From Octopus sinensis (taxonomy: Eukaryota), in NCBI RefSeq assembly GCF_006345805.1, contig NC_043018.1, forward strand, positions 14,694,001 through 14,758,000: 64,000 nt of DNA, given 5' to 3'. The notes beneath the pieces are model-generated. The model was not told the DNA's origin. It did not search any database and worked only from the letters and a program-made list of their open reading frames with translations. Numbering within the stretch: position 1 is the first letter of the stretch; each line of letters opens with the position of its first letter. Both the position numbers and the translations under genes were made by a program. Positions 54,131-64,000 of the stretch are shown here, one piece after another.

Positions 54131-54820
54131 TTATTGATTTGAGGCAGTAACATCAATGTCTTTGTCAGAAAGAATTTCGTCTTCTGTTAAAGAATATTTG
54201 TTTTTTAATTCTTCAACACCACAATCTGTTATCTTGACTCGTTTCTTGGGTACGGCTGTACTAAAGTCAGCCTCTACGTTTCCAAGTAGTTTAACTGTGT
54301 CCATACCATCGACTATCTTTCCGAATACGACATGTTTATTGTCAAGCCACCTGGCTGCGTTGAGCAATATAAAGAACTGGGAGCCATTCGTGTCAGGTCC
54401 ATGGTTTGCCATCGAAACATACCCAGCCGCTTTATGACTTAAAAAGAAGTTCTCGTCGTTGAATTTATCTCCAAAAATACTTCGTCCTCCTGTACCATCT
54501 CCGGCAGTGATGTCACCCATCTGAATAACAAAATCAGGAACGATTCTGTGAATGTTACTATTCTTGAAGCGTAATTTTTGGCTACCACTAGTATAACCTT
54601 CGGTTATCTTGACAAAATTCATCACAGTCATCGGCACCGTATCTCCAAACAGACCGATTACAAATTTGCCCGTGTAGTCTTCACCCGCACCGTAATGGTT
54701 TTTAACTTCGACATTAAACCAGGCTAGCCAGGTAACGGTATAGTTGGACTGTTCTTCTTCGGCGTAGCAAAAACCGAGGATAAGTAGCAAGCTTAGGGAG
54801 CAGACTATAATCTTGTTCAT
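54131..54820 (-). CDS. Secretory-pathway cyclophilin-type peptidyl-prolyl isomerase (PPIB/PPIC-like), 229 aa, single coding exon
   Basis: Signal peptide MNKIIVCSLSLLLILGFCYA; cyclophilin motifs GLFGDTVPMTVMNF, HRIVPDFVIQMGD, GDGTGGRSIFGDKFNDENF, SMANHGPDTNGSQFFI, WLDNKHVVFGKIVDGM. Splice acceptor (tttcttttctttcag, minus strand) 8 nt upstream of the ATG, exon starting at 54828. Candidate AATAAA at 53947-53952. Confidence 0.95.
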   Translation of the reverse strand: MNKIIVCSLSLLLILGFCYAEEEQSNYTVTWLAWFNVEVKNHYGAGEDYTGKFVIGLFGDTVPMTVMNFVKITEGYTSGSQKLRFKNSNIHRIVPDFVIQMGDITAGDGTGGRSIFGDKFNDENFFLSHKAAGYVSMANHGPDTNGSQFFILLNAARWLDNKHVVFGKIVDGMDTVKLLGNVEADFSTAVPKKRVKITDCGVEELKNKYSLTEDEILSDKDIDVTASNQ

Positions 54821-54868
54821 CTTGAAATCTGAAAGAAAAGAAAAATAGTGCTTTAAGTTTATTTATAT

Positions 54869-55266
54869 ACTAGCAGTATCGCCCGGCGTTGCTCGGGTTT
54901 GTAAGGGAAATAACTATATAAGCATTTTTAGAGAGTTATAGCCAAAAAATAGCAAAAAAATGCATTAAAAATGGAAAAAAAATGATGGTAAATTTTTTTT
55001 AAATCGTTGACTCATCGTAGACATGTTTAGAGAGTTACTTCCCTTATATAATAGCGAAAAAAATGCATTAAAATGGAAAAAAATGATGGTAAATTTGTTT
55101 TTAATCGTAGACTCATCGTAGACGCGCGCTAATACCCAGAAGGGCTCGATATGAATCACGACTATAAGATACCCGGTTTTGGTTAAACTGCACCGCAAAA
55201 TGTGGGAGTAGTTAGGAATCTAAATCGTAGGAGACAGACACACAACTTCACTTTTATATATAAAGA
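54869..55266 (+). mobile_element. Non-autonomous Helentron/DINE-1-like (HINE) element with ~105-bp internal tandem duplication
   Basis: Starts actagcagtatcg-cccggcgttgctcggg (hairpin), has a gacagaca-type core, ends cttttatatataaaga; flanked T|T, no TSD. Confidence 0.65.
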
Positions 55267-55633
55267 TATATATATATTTCTTTATTGCCTATAAGGGGCT
55301 AAACATAAAGGGGACAAACAAGTACAGACAACGAAATTGCTTTAGTTTGACGTTCGAGACTGTCGTAAAGGTTTGAGAGAAAGAAGTAAAAGAGAGAAGA
55401 AATACGTTTTCGTGTCTGTGTCGGGTTCTGTTCAAAGTAGTTCGAGGTTACGAAAAGAGATTTCAAACGAAGAAGAGCATCAGATGTGGAGGAGTCGGTA
55501 GATATGAACCAGTGAACCCGTAAGTTGTTGAGTCGTGAGTATGTGTAGCGTGGATTGGTGTGTATGTAGTATTTAATTTGGAGAATGTATGTGTATGCAT
55601 GTGTGTATGTATGTATGTATCTATGTATGTCAT

Positions 55634-55884
55634 TCTTTTACTCTTTTACTTGTTTCAGTCATTTGACTGCGGCCATGCTGGAGCACCTCCTTTAGTCGAG
55701 CAAATCGACACCAGGACTTATTCTTTGGAAGCCTAGTACTTATTCTATCGGTCTCTTTTGCCGAAGCGCTAAGTTACAGGGACGTAAACACACCAGCATC
55801 ATTTGTCAAGCGATGTTGTGTGTGTGGGGAGGGGGGACAAACACAGACACACAAACATATACACACACACATATATATATACAT

Positions 55885-55921
<37 letters not shown>

Positions 55922-56026
55922 TACGACGGGCTTCTTTCAGTTATTGAGCGAAAACACCTAAAAGCTTCACGAGGCTCCGGCAGGGGGTGGTGGCGACCCC
56001 TGTTGTACTCTTTCGCCCCAACTTTC
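55634..56026. mobile_element. SINE A 3' half (minus) fused to a SINE C body fragment (plus)
   Basis: Family A match ends at cttctttcagtt (~55942), followed directly by attgagcgaaaacacctaaaagcttcacgaggctccggc. Confidence 0.7.
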
Positions 56027-56539
56027 AGAGCAGTACACAATACATTGTCGCGCGTTCAGTAGTATTATCGCGGTTGCTTTATAGGCCCGTTTCTCTGGAG
56101 TTTCCACAGCACGCAGCTCTTTCTTCGGACAAGTCCAAAAATAAGAATAGCAGCAATGATAATCATTAGCTATTACCAACATGAACAGCTTTTTTTTCTT
56201 TAATTTTTTTTATCGAAGATTAATTAGCGCACCCAACCTAACTTGAATGCGTTATCTATAAAGCTTTGGACTGCTAGAAACGTCGTCGCGAAGAATTATT
56301 TCCTATAGACAGCAAGCGCTAAAAAGCATCTAAATCCTATTATCAGTTGACGAAATTCCTTCAGTACATCGGCAGATGGTGTTTCCCGTATCACGTGATT
56401 TCACCGTATCGCGGATTATCTGCAGTAGCTTGCCAAATCGAATGCTAGACAGAAAATCGTCTATTTTCTATTTATTTTCGAGATATTTACAGCAGTGTAG
56501 GCGTTATAAACAACATATCCCAGTTGGACTGGGTATATT

Positions 56540-56540
56540 G

Positions 56541-56585
<45 letters not shown>

Positions 56586-56741
56586 GTTGTTGTTGTTGTT
56601 GTTGTTGTTGTTATTATTATCATTATTATTATTATTATTATTGTTGTTGTTGTTGTTGTTATTATTATCATTATTATTATTATTATTATTATTATTAATA
56701 ATAATAATAATAATGATAATAATAATAATGATAATGATAAT

Positions 56742-56786
<45 letters not shown>

Positions 56787-56822
56787 AATAATAATAATAA
56801 TAATAATAAAATAATAATAATA
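56540..56822. repeat. Compound trinucleotide array (TTA/TTG/TAA/CAA)
   Basis: Direct reading; similar arrays at 15840-15965, 18700-18805, 20545-20805, 23940-24050, 29250-29520, 50975-51058. Confidence 0.95.
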
Positions 56823-56829
56823 GAGAATA

Positions 56830-57126
56830 GTAAGAGAATAGAAAGCGCCAGGTAATTGACTTTACAGTCCCAAAACATGAAAAGTGAATATGAAAGGTAC
56901 AGAGAAAATAGCAAAATACCAGGTCTTAGCCATTGAGTTAGAGAGGCTATGGAACGTGCGGGTAAAATGTGTCCCTTTAGTTATAGATATATTAGGAATT
57001 AGCCCTAAAGATTTGAACAGATGGATAGAGGAAATAAGCATAAAACCTAGTTTAGTGCAGTCTCAGAAAACAGTATTAATAGGGACATGTAGGACACTTA
57101 GGAAGCTACATGTGATGAAAAGATGA
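56830..57126 (+). mobile_element. R4/Dong-type non-LTR retrotransposon 3' end (restriction-like endonuclease region)
   Basis: QVIDFTVP...EKIAKYQVLAIELERLWNVRVKCVPLVIDILG...QKTVLIGTCRTLRK; begins at the end of a long (TAA/CAA)n array. Confidence 0.75.
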
Positions 57127-57132
57127 ACGTAT

Positions 57133-57890
57133 ATGAGTAACGTTGACCATCAAAGCAATCAATCATGGACCAGCAACCGGATTACTAACTCCCGCTTTGA
57201 AGGATATGCATTTGCAATTCAGGAACAAGAAATATCAACCAAATGCCCGATGCACAAAATGGACAGAGACGCAGGAAAAGCAGCAAAATGTGATAACCGA
57301 TGCAGACTTTGTGGAGTTAACACCGAACATATCACCCACATTATAAGCAATTGTCCGAAAATGTCACCACGGTATTATCTACTGATGGGACATGAGGCTA
57401 TGGCTAGGACGCATCGGAAGGACAACTCTGAGGCCAAAGAACCCGCAGTACGGTAGATGCCATAGTTACTCATAATAAAAAGGAGTACTGGTGGAATGTC
57501 CCAGTGAAAACCTCAACAAAATGTAAACGTAATCGACCTGATATAGTGATTTGGGATTGAGAATATCAGCGAAAAAGGAGAATGACTACGCTGAACTATT
57601 GAGAAATCTACAATTACTCTATCCGAATTACAAGTTCAGGTTTATACTTGCAATTATTGGGGAACTGGGATATGCAACACACTGTACCAATCTTGAGAAA
57701 TTAGGCTTATTAAAAAACCAGAAAGGAGAAAGTCGGTTCGAAGACTACAGATCCAAGCTATCACTGGAACTGTAAAAATCTATAAAACTTTCCAGAAGTT
57801 TATCCTTTAAGTATATGTGAGTATGTCCAGATATGCAACTGTATGCACGAGAATACATACATTAAACAAAACATACAAATCTTCATACAT
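57133..57890 (+). mobile_element. Second R4/Dong subfamily, 5'-truncated and frameshifted
   Basis: FEGYAFAIQEQEI, CCHC knuckle CRLCGVNTEHITHIISNC, EYWWNVPVKTSTKCKRNRPDIVIWD, YAELLRNLQLLYPNYKF; the 3' UTR runs into (TACA)n. Confidence 0.8.
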
Positions 57891-57970
57891 ACATACATAC
57901 ATGCATACATAGATACATAGATACATACACACAAACACACACACACACACAACACACACACACACACACA

Positions 57971-58018
<48 letters not shown>

Positions 58019-58199
58019 AATGGTATTGCTCAGGTGTCAAAACCATAATGATATCCGTGGGGCAGCTGATGGAGGTATGTTGGATTATTGGTATGACTGT
58101 TTTCGTATATGTGGAATAGTATCATAACACATATTTTAAATATATATTTTATTTTATTTTATTTAGTTTCAGCTCACAAGCTGTGGCCATGCTGGGGCA

Positions 58200-58263
<64 letters not shown>

Positions 58264-59639
58264 TGGTGTGTGTATGTGTGTGTGTGTGTATATATATGTA
58301 TATGTATATATAAGGGAGAGAAAGAGACAGAGAGAGAGAGTGAGATAGAGGGACATATATAGATAGATGGAAGGACAGATAGATATGTCAGTAAATTTCC
58401 TGGCTGATGTTCGTCAGTTCTAGTTTCCTTGGAATTTCTGGTTTATTTCATCCACCATACGAGTTAGATACCTTCCAGGCAGGCAGGCAGGCGGGCAGGC
58501 AGGCAGACAGGCAGACAAACGAACAGACAGACAGACAGACAGACAGACAAAGAAGGTATACTCAAGACAAAATCTGAAAATGTCCGTCGTGCGAAAATGA
58601 TCTCGTGGCAAAACTGAACACGTGTTGCTGCATTGGGTGTTGCACACATCATCGAAATAACTGTTGTCACACAGGTGTTACCATGTTTACAATATAGAAT
58701 CGATTACACCCATAACCATCTCTCGCCCTATCGGTTCCCGGTCGAAGCTATTTAAATTTGTCAAACACGAATATGTTTTTTTTTTTTTTTTGGGCTTTTC
58801 AATTTACGGCCATTGTTGTTAGGAATTCTGTCGCTGCTGCTGCGGTTGTTGTTGTTATGGTAGTGGTGGTGGGGGTGCTAGTTTAGCTGAGGGTCAGCTT
58901 TGATCGAACAAACCTATGATGAAAAGCTTTCCTGTCTAGCAATTTCGTCTTTTTGCGTCAGGGACTATGTGTGTTTGCCTTTTTCGATATAGCTAAGTGT
59001 TTTAGATACAGCTGAGAGTTTAACTGCTATTTTCAGCAGGTAGAGCAACCACGTAGAGAACCTCTCACAGCCTACTTAGATCTATAAATAACTCAAAATG
59101 AATTGTTCAGATTCTATCCAACATCTGTGTCGCCATGTTACCAACGTATCCGATCAATGGACAGTGTGAACACCAATACAGTACATGAATTACATTAGTG
59201 ACTACACTTACGAAAAATACAGAAAACACATAAAATCGATTAAAAGAATCAAATAAATATGTATTTTGAAATAGAAAAACACATCAAATAAATCAGAAAA
59301 CATCGCGTCAAACATGAAACTAACATTAATAAAGGTTGATAATAGAATAAAATAGAATATAAGGTTACAAATCAAAGTGATGTAAAATCGTGAACAACCT
59401 ACAAGTGATCGTTTGGATCTGTGAAGTCGATTGCGAAGGTGAAAGTAGTAAACTAAAGACTCTAACTGTTGCATTAGCCATCCAAATACGACGTTCTCCT
59501 GCTCGTTCATCGCGTAATTGCAACAAGGAGCAATTGCACATAATATAAAGCAAGTCGAAATAAGAAAACACTAGTAAACAATGTATCTGTATTCCACAGA
59601 ATTCCTCCAGAAAAAGGAAAATTACCGAAAAAAATCATA

Positions 59640-60030
59640 GGCGCAGGAGTGGCTGTGTGGTAAGTAGCTTGCTAACCAACCACATGGTTCCGGGTTCAGT
59701 CCCACTGTGTGGCATCTTGGGCAAGTGTCTTCTGCTATAGCCCCGGGCCGACCAATGCCTTGTGAGTGGATTTGGTAGACGGAAACTGAAAGAAGCCTGT
59801 CGTATATATGTATATATATATATATGTGTGTGTGTGTTGTTTGTGTGTGTTAGAGTGTCTGTGTTTGTCCCCCTAGCATTGCTTGACAACCGATGCTGGT
59901 GTGTTTACGTCCCCGTCACCCAGCGGTTCGGCAAAAGAGACCGATAGAATAAGTACTGGACTTACAAAAGAATAAGTCCCGGGGTCAAATGACTGAAACA
60001 AGTAAAAGAGTAAAAGAGTAAAAGAGTACT
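59640..60030 (+). mobile_element. SINE family A
   Basis: Colinear with 11295-11718. Confidence 0.85.
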
Positions 60031-60329
60031 TATAATACAACATAGTACTGTAATAAATACTCTCTGATGACGTGTACATCGTATTCCGGCTATGTCTGCA
60101 CTACTCATATATAGCCTAACTTCCATAAAAGAAAGAAGAAAAAATATACGCCAACATTACATCATCCAGAAGATGCGACTGTGGATATTAACAAACTGCA
60201 ATGAACACAAACGAAATTACAAGAAAGAACTGTAGAAAGATAAAACCAAAAACACAATCTAGTTTTTAAACATCATGTATACAAGAAAAAAATTGTGCTT
60301 AGCATACACATACATACATTCCAATACAC

Positions 60330-60335
60330 AGACAC

Positions 60336-60408
<73 letters not shown>

Positions 60409-60503
60409 CAGATAGATAGACAGACAGATATATTGATTGATAGATAGATAGATAGAAAGAGAGAGACAGAGAGACAGACAGACAGACAGACAGATAGATA
60501 GAT

Positions 60504-60557
<54 letters not shown>

Positions 60558-60578
60558 TATATTGATAGATAGATAGAT

Positions 60579-60625
<47 letters not shown>

Positions 60626-60654
60626 CTGACAGACAGACAGACAGACAGACAGAC

Positions 60655-60713
<59 letters not shown>

Positions 60714-60715
60714 CA
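60330..60715. repeat. (GATA)n/(GACA)n/(GA)n compound microsatellite
   Basis: Direct reading; similar arrays at 10640-10800 and 47350-47485. Confidence 0.95.
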
Positions 60716-61179
60716 GACGAGGTACTTACGCACAGATTCAACCTAGCAAACAAAAGACGAGATGAAAGGTTCGTAAATGAGTCTAGACATTGTTCTTGTA
60801 TTTCTGCTTATTCACAGATAAACATAAACTCTAGAATTTTAAGGGGTGGGGTTGGACTTTATTTCCTTCTGAATAGCGGCGGCGATTTAAGAGAAGTAAA
60901 ATGGTTACATCTAAAACCGGGTTTTTGAAACTCAATTCTTCCCTAGATAATTGTCACTCTGCGGTTTTGGGACATTTTTACAAATGAAGATGTGATGTTT
61001 GTGTTAACACATGTTTAAACATCGCTACATGATTTCAGCATAATAAACACCTCTAAATAGATACCAGTATGTATAAACCGCTTCATAGATGCCAGCGTGT
61101 ATGAATACCCCTACATAAATACATGCGTCTATAAACGCCTCAATTTAGTGCAAGCAGGTACATTATTTGGAATTTAAAA

Positions 61180-61477
61180 TCTTTATATATAAAAGTCAAG
61201 TTGTGTGTCTGTCTCCTACGATTTAGATTCCTAACTACTCCCACATTTTGCGGTGCAGTTTAGCCAAAACCGGGTATCTTATAGTCGTGATTCATATCGA
61301 GCCCTTCTGGGTATTAGCGCGCGTCTACGATGAGTCTACGATTAAAAAAAAAATTACCATAATTTTTTTTCCATTTTTAATGCATTTTTTTTGCTATTTT
61401 TTGGCTATAACTCTCTAAAAATGCTTATATAGTTATTTCCCTTACAAACCCGAGCAACGCCGGGCGATACTGCTAGT
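61180..61477 (-). mobile_element. Second copy of the HINE-like element, inverted and without the internal duplication
   Basis: Near-identical reverse complement of 54869-55266; also T|T flanks. Confidence 0.65.
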
Positions 61478-62014
61478 ACAATATAATCTAAAAACAAGAT
61501 TATAGACTACAAGTGGGAGCCTTTACGCGTTGCCCTGTCTACAATAAATAGCAGTCAAACCTCCCTCGAATCGCACTGTACCATCTTTAAAAGAGAAAGT
61601 ACACATTGGACGATGTAGATATACAAGGAGGCAGTCTGGTCACAAATGGAACGTCAAAGATCTCCACGAAGAGGACTGATCTGGGGCTATACAGCAAGAA
61701 AAACTATTAACATAAATATAATATTCACCAGAATAACAAGTGCAGTAATAACAATAATCTTTACTACTCTAGGCACAAGACCCGAAATTTTTGTGGGAGG
61801 TCGGCCGGTCGGTTAGATCGACCCCAGTACGCAACGTAAGGATGAAAAGCGAAGTCGACCGCGGCAGAATTTGAACTCAGAACGACGTAAAGACAGACAA
61901 AATGCTGCAAAGGTTTTACCCGGTATGCTAACGTCTCTGCCAGTGATACCAATAATAACATGACTTAGGTAAAAAAAAAAAAACAATAATAATAAATAAC
62001 TGAGAATGTCTTAC

Positions 62015-62460
62015 CTGAAGTAATTGGCTTTCACACAATGATCAGAAGAATGTGCTTGTGTTTTATTATCGTAACAAATAGAGTTGTTTAGTTCTTAACG
62101 TGGCTAATATTTAAGTGGAATGATCAGGTAATGAATGCCACGGTGATCGTTGGTTGACCAATAGCAAACACAACATCTGTCGCCAACAGAACGGCTGAAA
62201 ATGTAATCAGATGCATTGATTTTTGGCAGTGATTCGTGTAAGATTGGAAAGGCATGAGTTGGCATAGATTTTATAATAATATTCATGAGCAACGTGGAGA
62301 CGGAAATTAATTGTTTTATTATCGATAGAAAGCGCCAACAGTCAATTCCGTTCTTTCTACTCTCTCCCCACCACCTTGACAACGCAGCATCGTTTTGTAG
62401 AGACCCACGTGTCAGGTAAACCTAATTTAATGATTTCTCCGTGGAACGTGGCAAAAAAGA
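62015..62460 (-). promoter_or_regulatory. Candidate promoter and non-coding first exon of the cyclophilin gene
   Basis: Strong minus-strand donor CAG|GTAAGA at 62015/62014; CCAAT motifs at 62158 and 62243; five CCACG/ACGTGG motifs between 62098 and 62453. Alternative donors exist at 60729 and 59209. Confidence 0.3.
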
Positions 62461-62540
62461 AAAAGTCAAAATAGAAACTTGTTGAGATTTTCATATTATA
62501 ACAAAAGAAAGAGGGCGAATCTAAATAATATTTACTGGGT

Positions 62541-62587
<47 letters not shown>

Positions 62588-62783
62588 TGCACACGCACAT
62601 ACACACGCACATACACACTCACACAAATACACACACTGATATGTTTGTGTGTGTATGTTTATATCTAAGTCTGTAATCATGTGTATATTTATATATACAT
62701 GTGTGTGAGTATATGTATGCATGTATACGTGAATATCTATACTTGTCTATGTACTCGTACGCAATGCATACATACATAGACAC

Positions 62784-62842
<59 letters not shown>

Positions 62843-63734
62843 CATACAAATAGGACATGAACGCAAAATATCCGGACAACTAAGTGATACAAAAGGGGAC
62901 AACAAAACATCCAGATAGACGATACAAAGAAAACAAGGACGGGTCATTCGAAGTTTTCTATCTTCAGTCAAGAACCAGATTATCCTCGTAATCCCGGCTG
63001 ATATATATATATATATATCACCCTTTTTGGGGTTTTTTTGGAGGGGGGCACAGACGCACAAATTTCTGAAAAGTTAGCGTCGATATAATCGATTGTAATG
63101 TTCCCATGTCAGCATTTAAGACGGCATTTGCTTCAATTCTCTGTACTTTGAGTTCGAATCCCCATCGACATCAACTTCGACTTTCAGAGTCGATATAGTT
63201 AGTGCCAATCTAAAGATATGGTTCGATGTCCTACGGTATATATTCCGGGTTATTACGTTCCGAGTTCAAATCCAAGTACCAATAACCAGCTTTTAATTGC
63301 GCATGGCGAAAACATAACTGACCCCTGACTACTAGTAGGCCTAATACTAACGTGCATATGTCGGCAACGGCATGTTGGGACTTTCATCCTGTTGTTGACC
63401 GAAAATGGCTGAATGGAAAGGAACTTGGTACTTCTTGTCTGTCATCGATGGTGATGCCTTCGGTACATTTCATCCAAACTTCCGCCCACCTCTTGACATC
63501 AATTGCACCTCGTTCGAATGCCGTTCCCCTCGAAACAGTCTCGAAGCCCCTGGAAAATGTCATGGCCGTCATCCAGCCTTCTCTGATTATGACGTTAAAA
63601 AACTGTAGGACTTGAATACTAATTGAAAGATCAATGGTTTGTATATTGTCATTTGGCGTTGGACAGTTTCTCGGGTAGTACTTTATCAGTATGGGTAAGT
63701 TCAGCTCCTATGCATAGTAATAAAATAAAATCAT

Positions 63735-64000
63735 CGGTGTGTGGAAGCACTCCGTCGGTTACGACGATGAGGGTTCCGGTTGATCCGAATCAACGGAACA
63801 GCCTGCTCGTGAAATTATCGTGTAAGTGGCTGAGCACTCCACAGACACGTGTACCCCTAACGTAGTTCTCGGGGAGATTCAGCGTGACACAGAGAGTGAC
63901 AAGGCCGGCCCCTTGAAATACAGGTACAACAGAAACAGGAAGTAATAGTGAAAGAAAGTTATAGTGAAAGAGTACAGCAGGGATCACCACACCCTGCCGG
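63735..64000 (-). mobile_element. SINE C, cut by the window edge, third tail type
   Basis: Body match at 63935-64000; tail shared with 45645-45830. Confidence 0.75.

Noticed and set aside
62935-62975. Hammerhead-like CTGAAGA...GAATGACCCGTC on the minus strand
   Set aside because: GAAU instead of GAAA, no A15.1-U16.1 pair and no stem I complement.
63352-63615. Mariner N-terminal-like peptide (KRWAEVWMKCTEGITIDDR) on minus
   Set aside because: Similarity too weak and no TIR found.
63760-63812. cgatgag...hairpin...ctcgtgaaa resembling a hammerhead
   Set aside because: Core is non-canonical and antisense to the SINE; better explained as the LINE-derived 3' stem-loop.

Overview
Eukaryotic, very AT-rich and microsatellite-saturated DNA. 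The repeat families and the homeobox protein are most consistent with an octopus (coleoid cephalopod); this is an inference. Two host genes are supported. (1) The homeobox exon of an NK4/Nkx2-5 (tinman-class) gene at 38686-39257 (+), with Tyr54 homeodomain, NK2-specific domain, Tyr-rich region and GIRAW C-terminus; its TN-domain first exon was not found in the window. (2) A signal-peptide cyclophilin (PPIB/PPIC-like) at 54131-54820 (-) with an intronless CDS and a spliced 5' UTR. The rest is microsatellite plus mobile-element debris: three tRNA-derived SINE families, R4/Dong, RTE, Tx1/L1 and Penelope-like (PLE) fragments, hAT and Tc1/mariner MITEs, and two Helentron/DINE-1-like elements. Almost all ORFs in the supplied track are microsatellite artefacts. 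The most striking unannotated signal is about ten minimal type I hammerhead-ribozyme motifs from roughly seven unrelated sequence families. They have very short, mostly palindromic stem III and often one extra base after the CUGANGA core. Several sit inside fold-back or inverted-terminus mini-elements, in three places on both strands. All folds and alignments were done by eye; coordinates of repeat edges are approximate.
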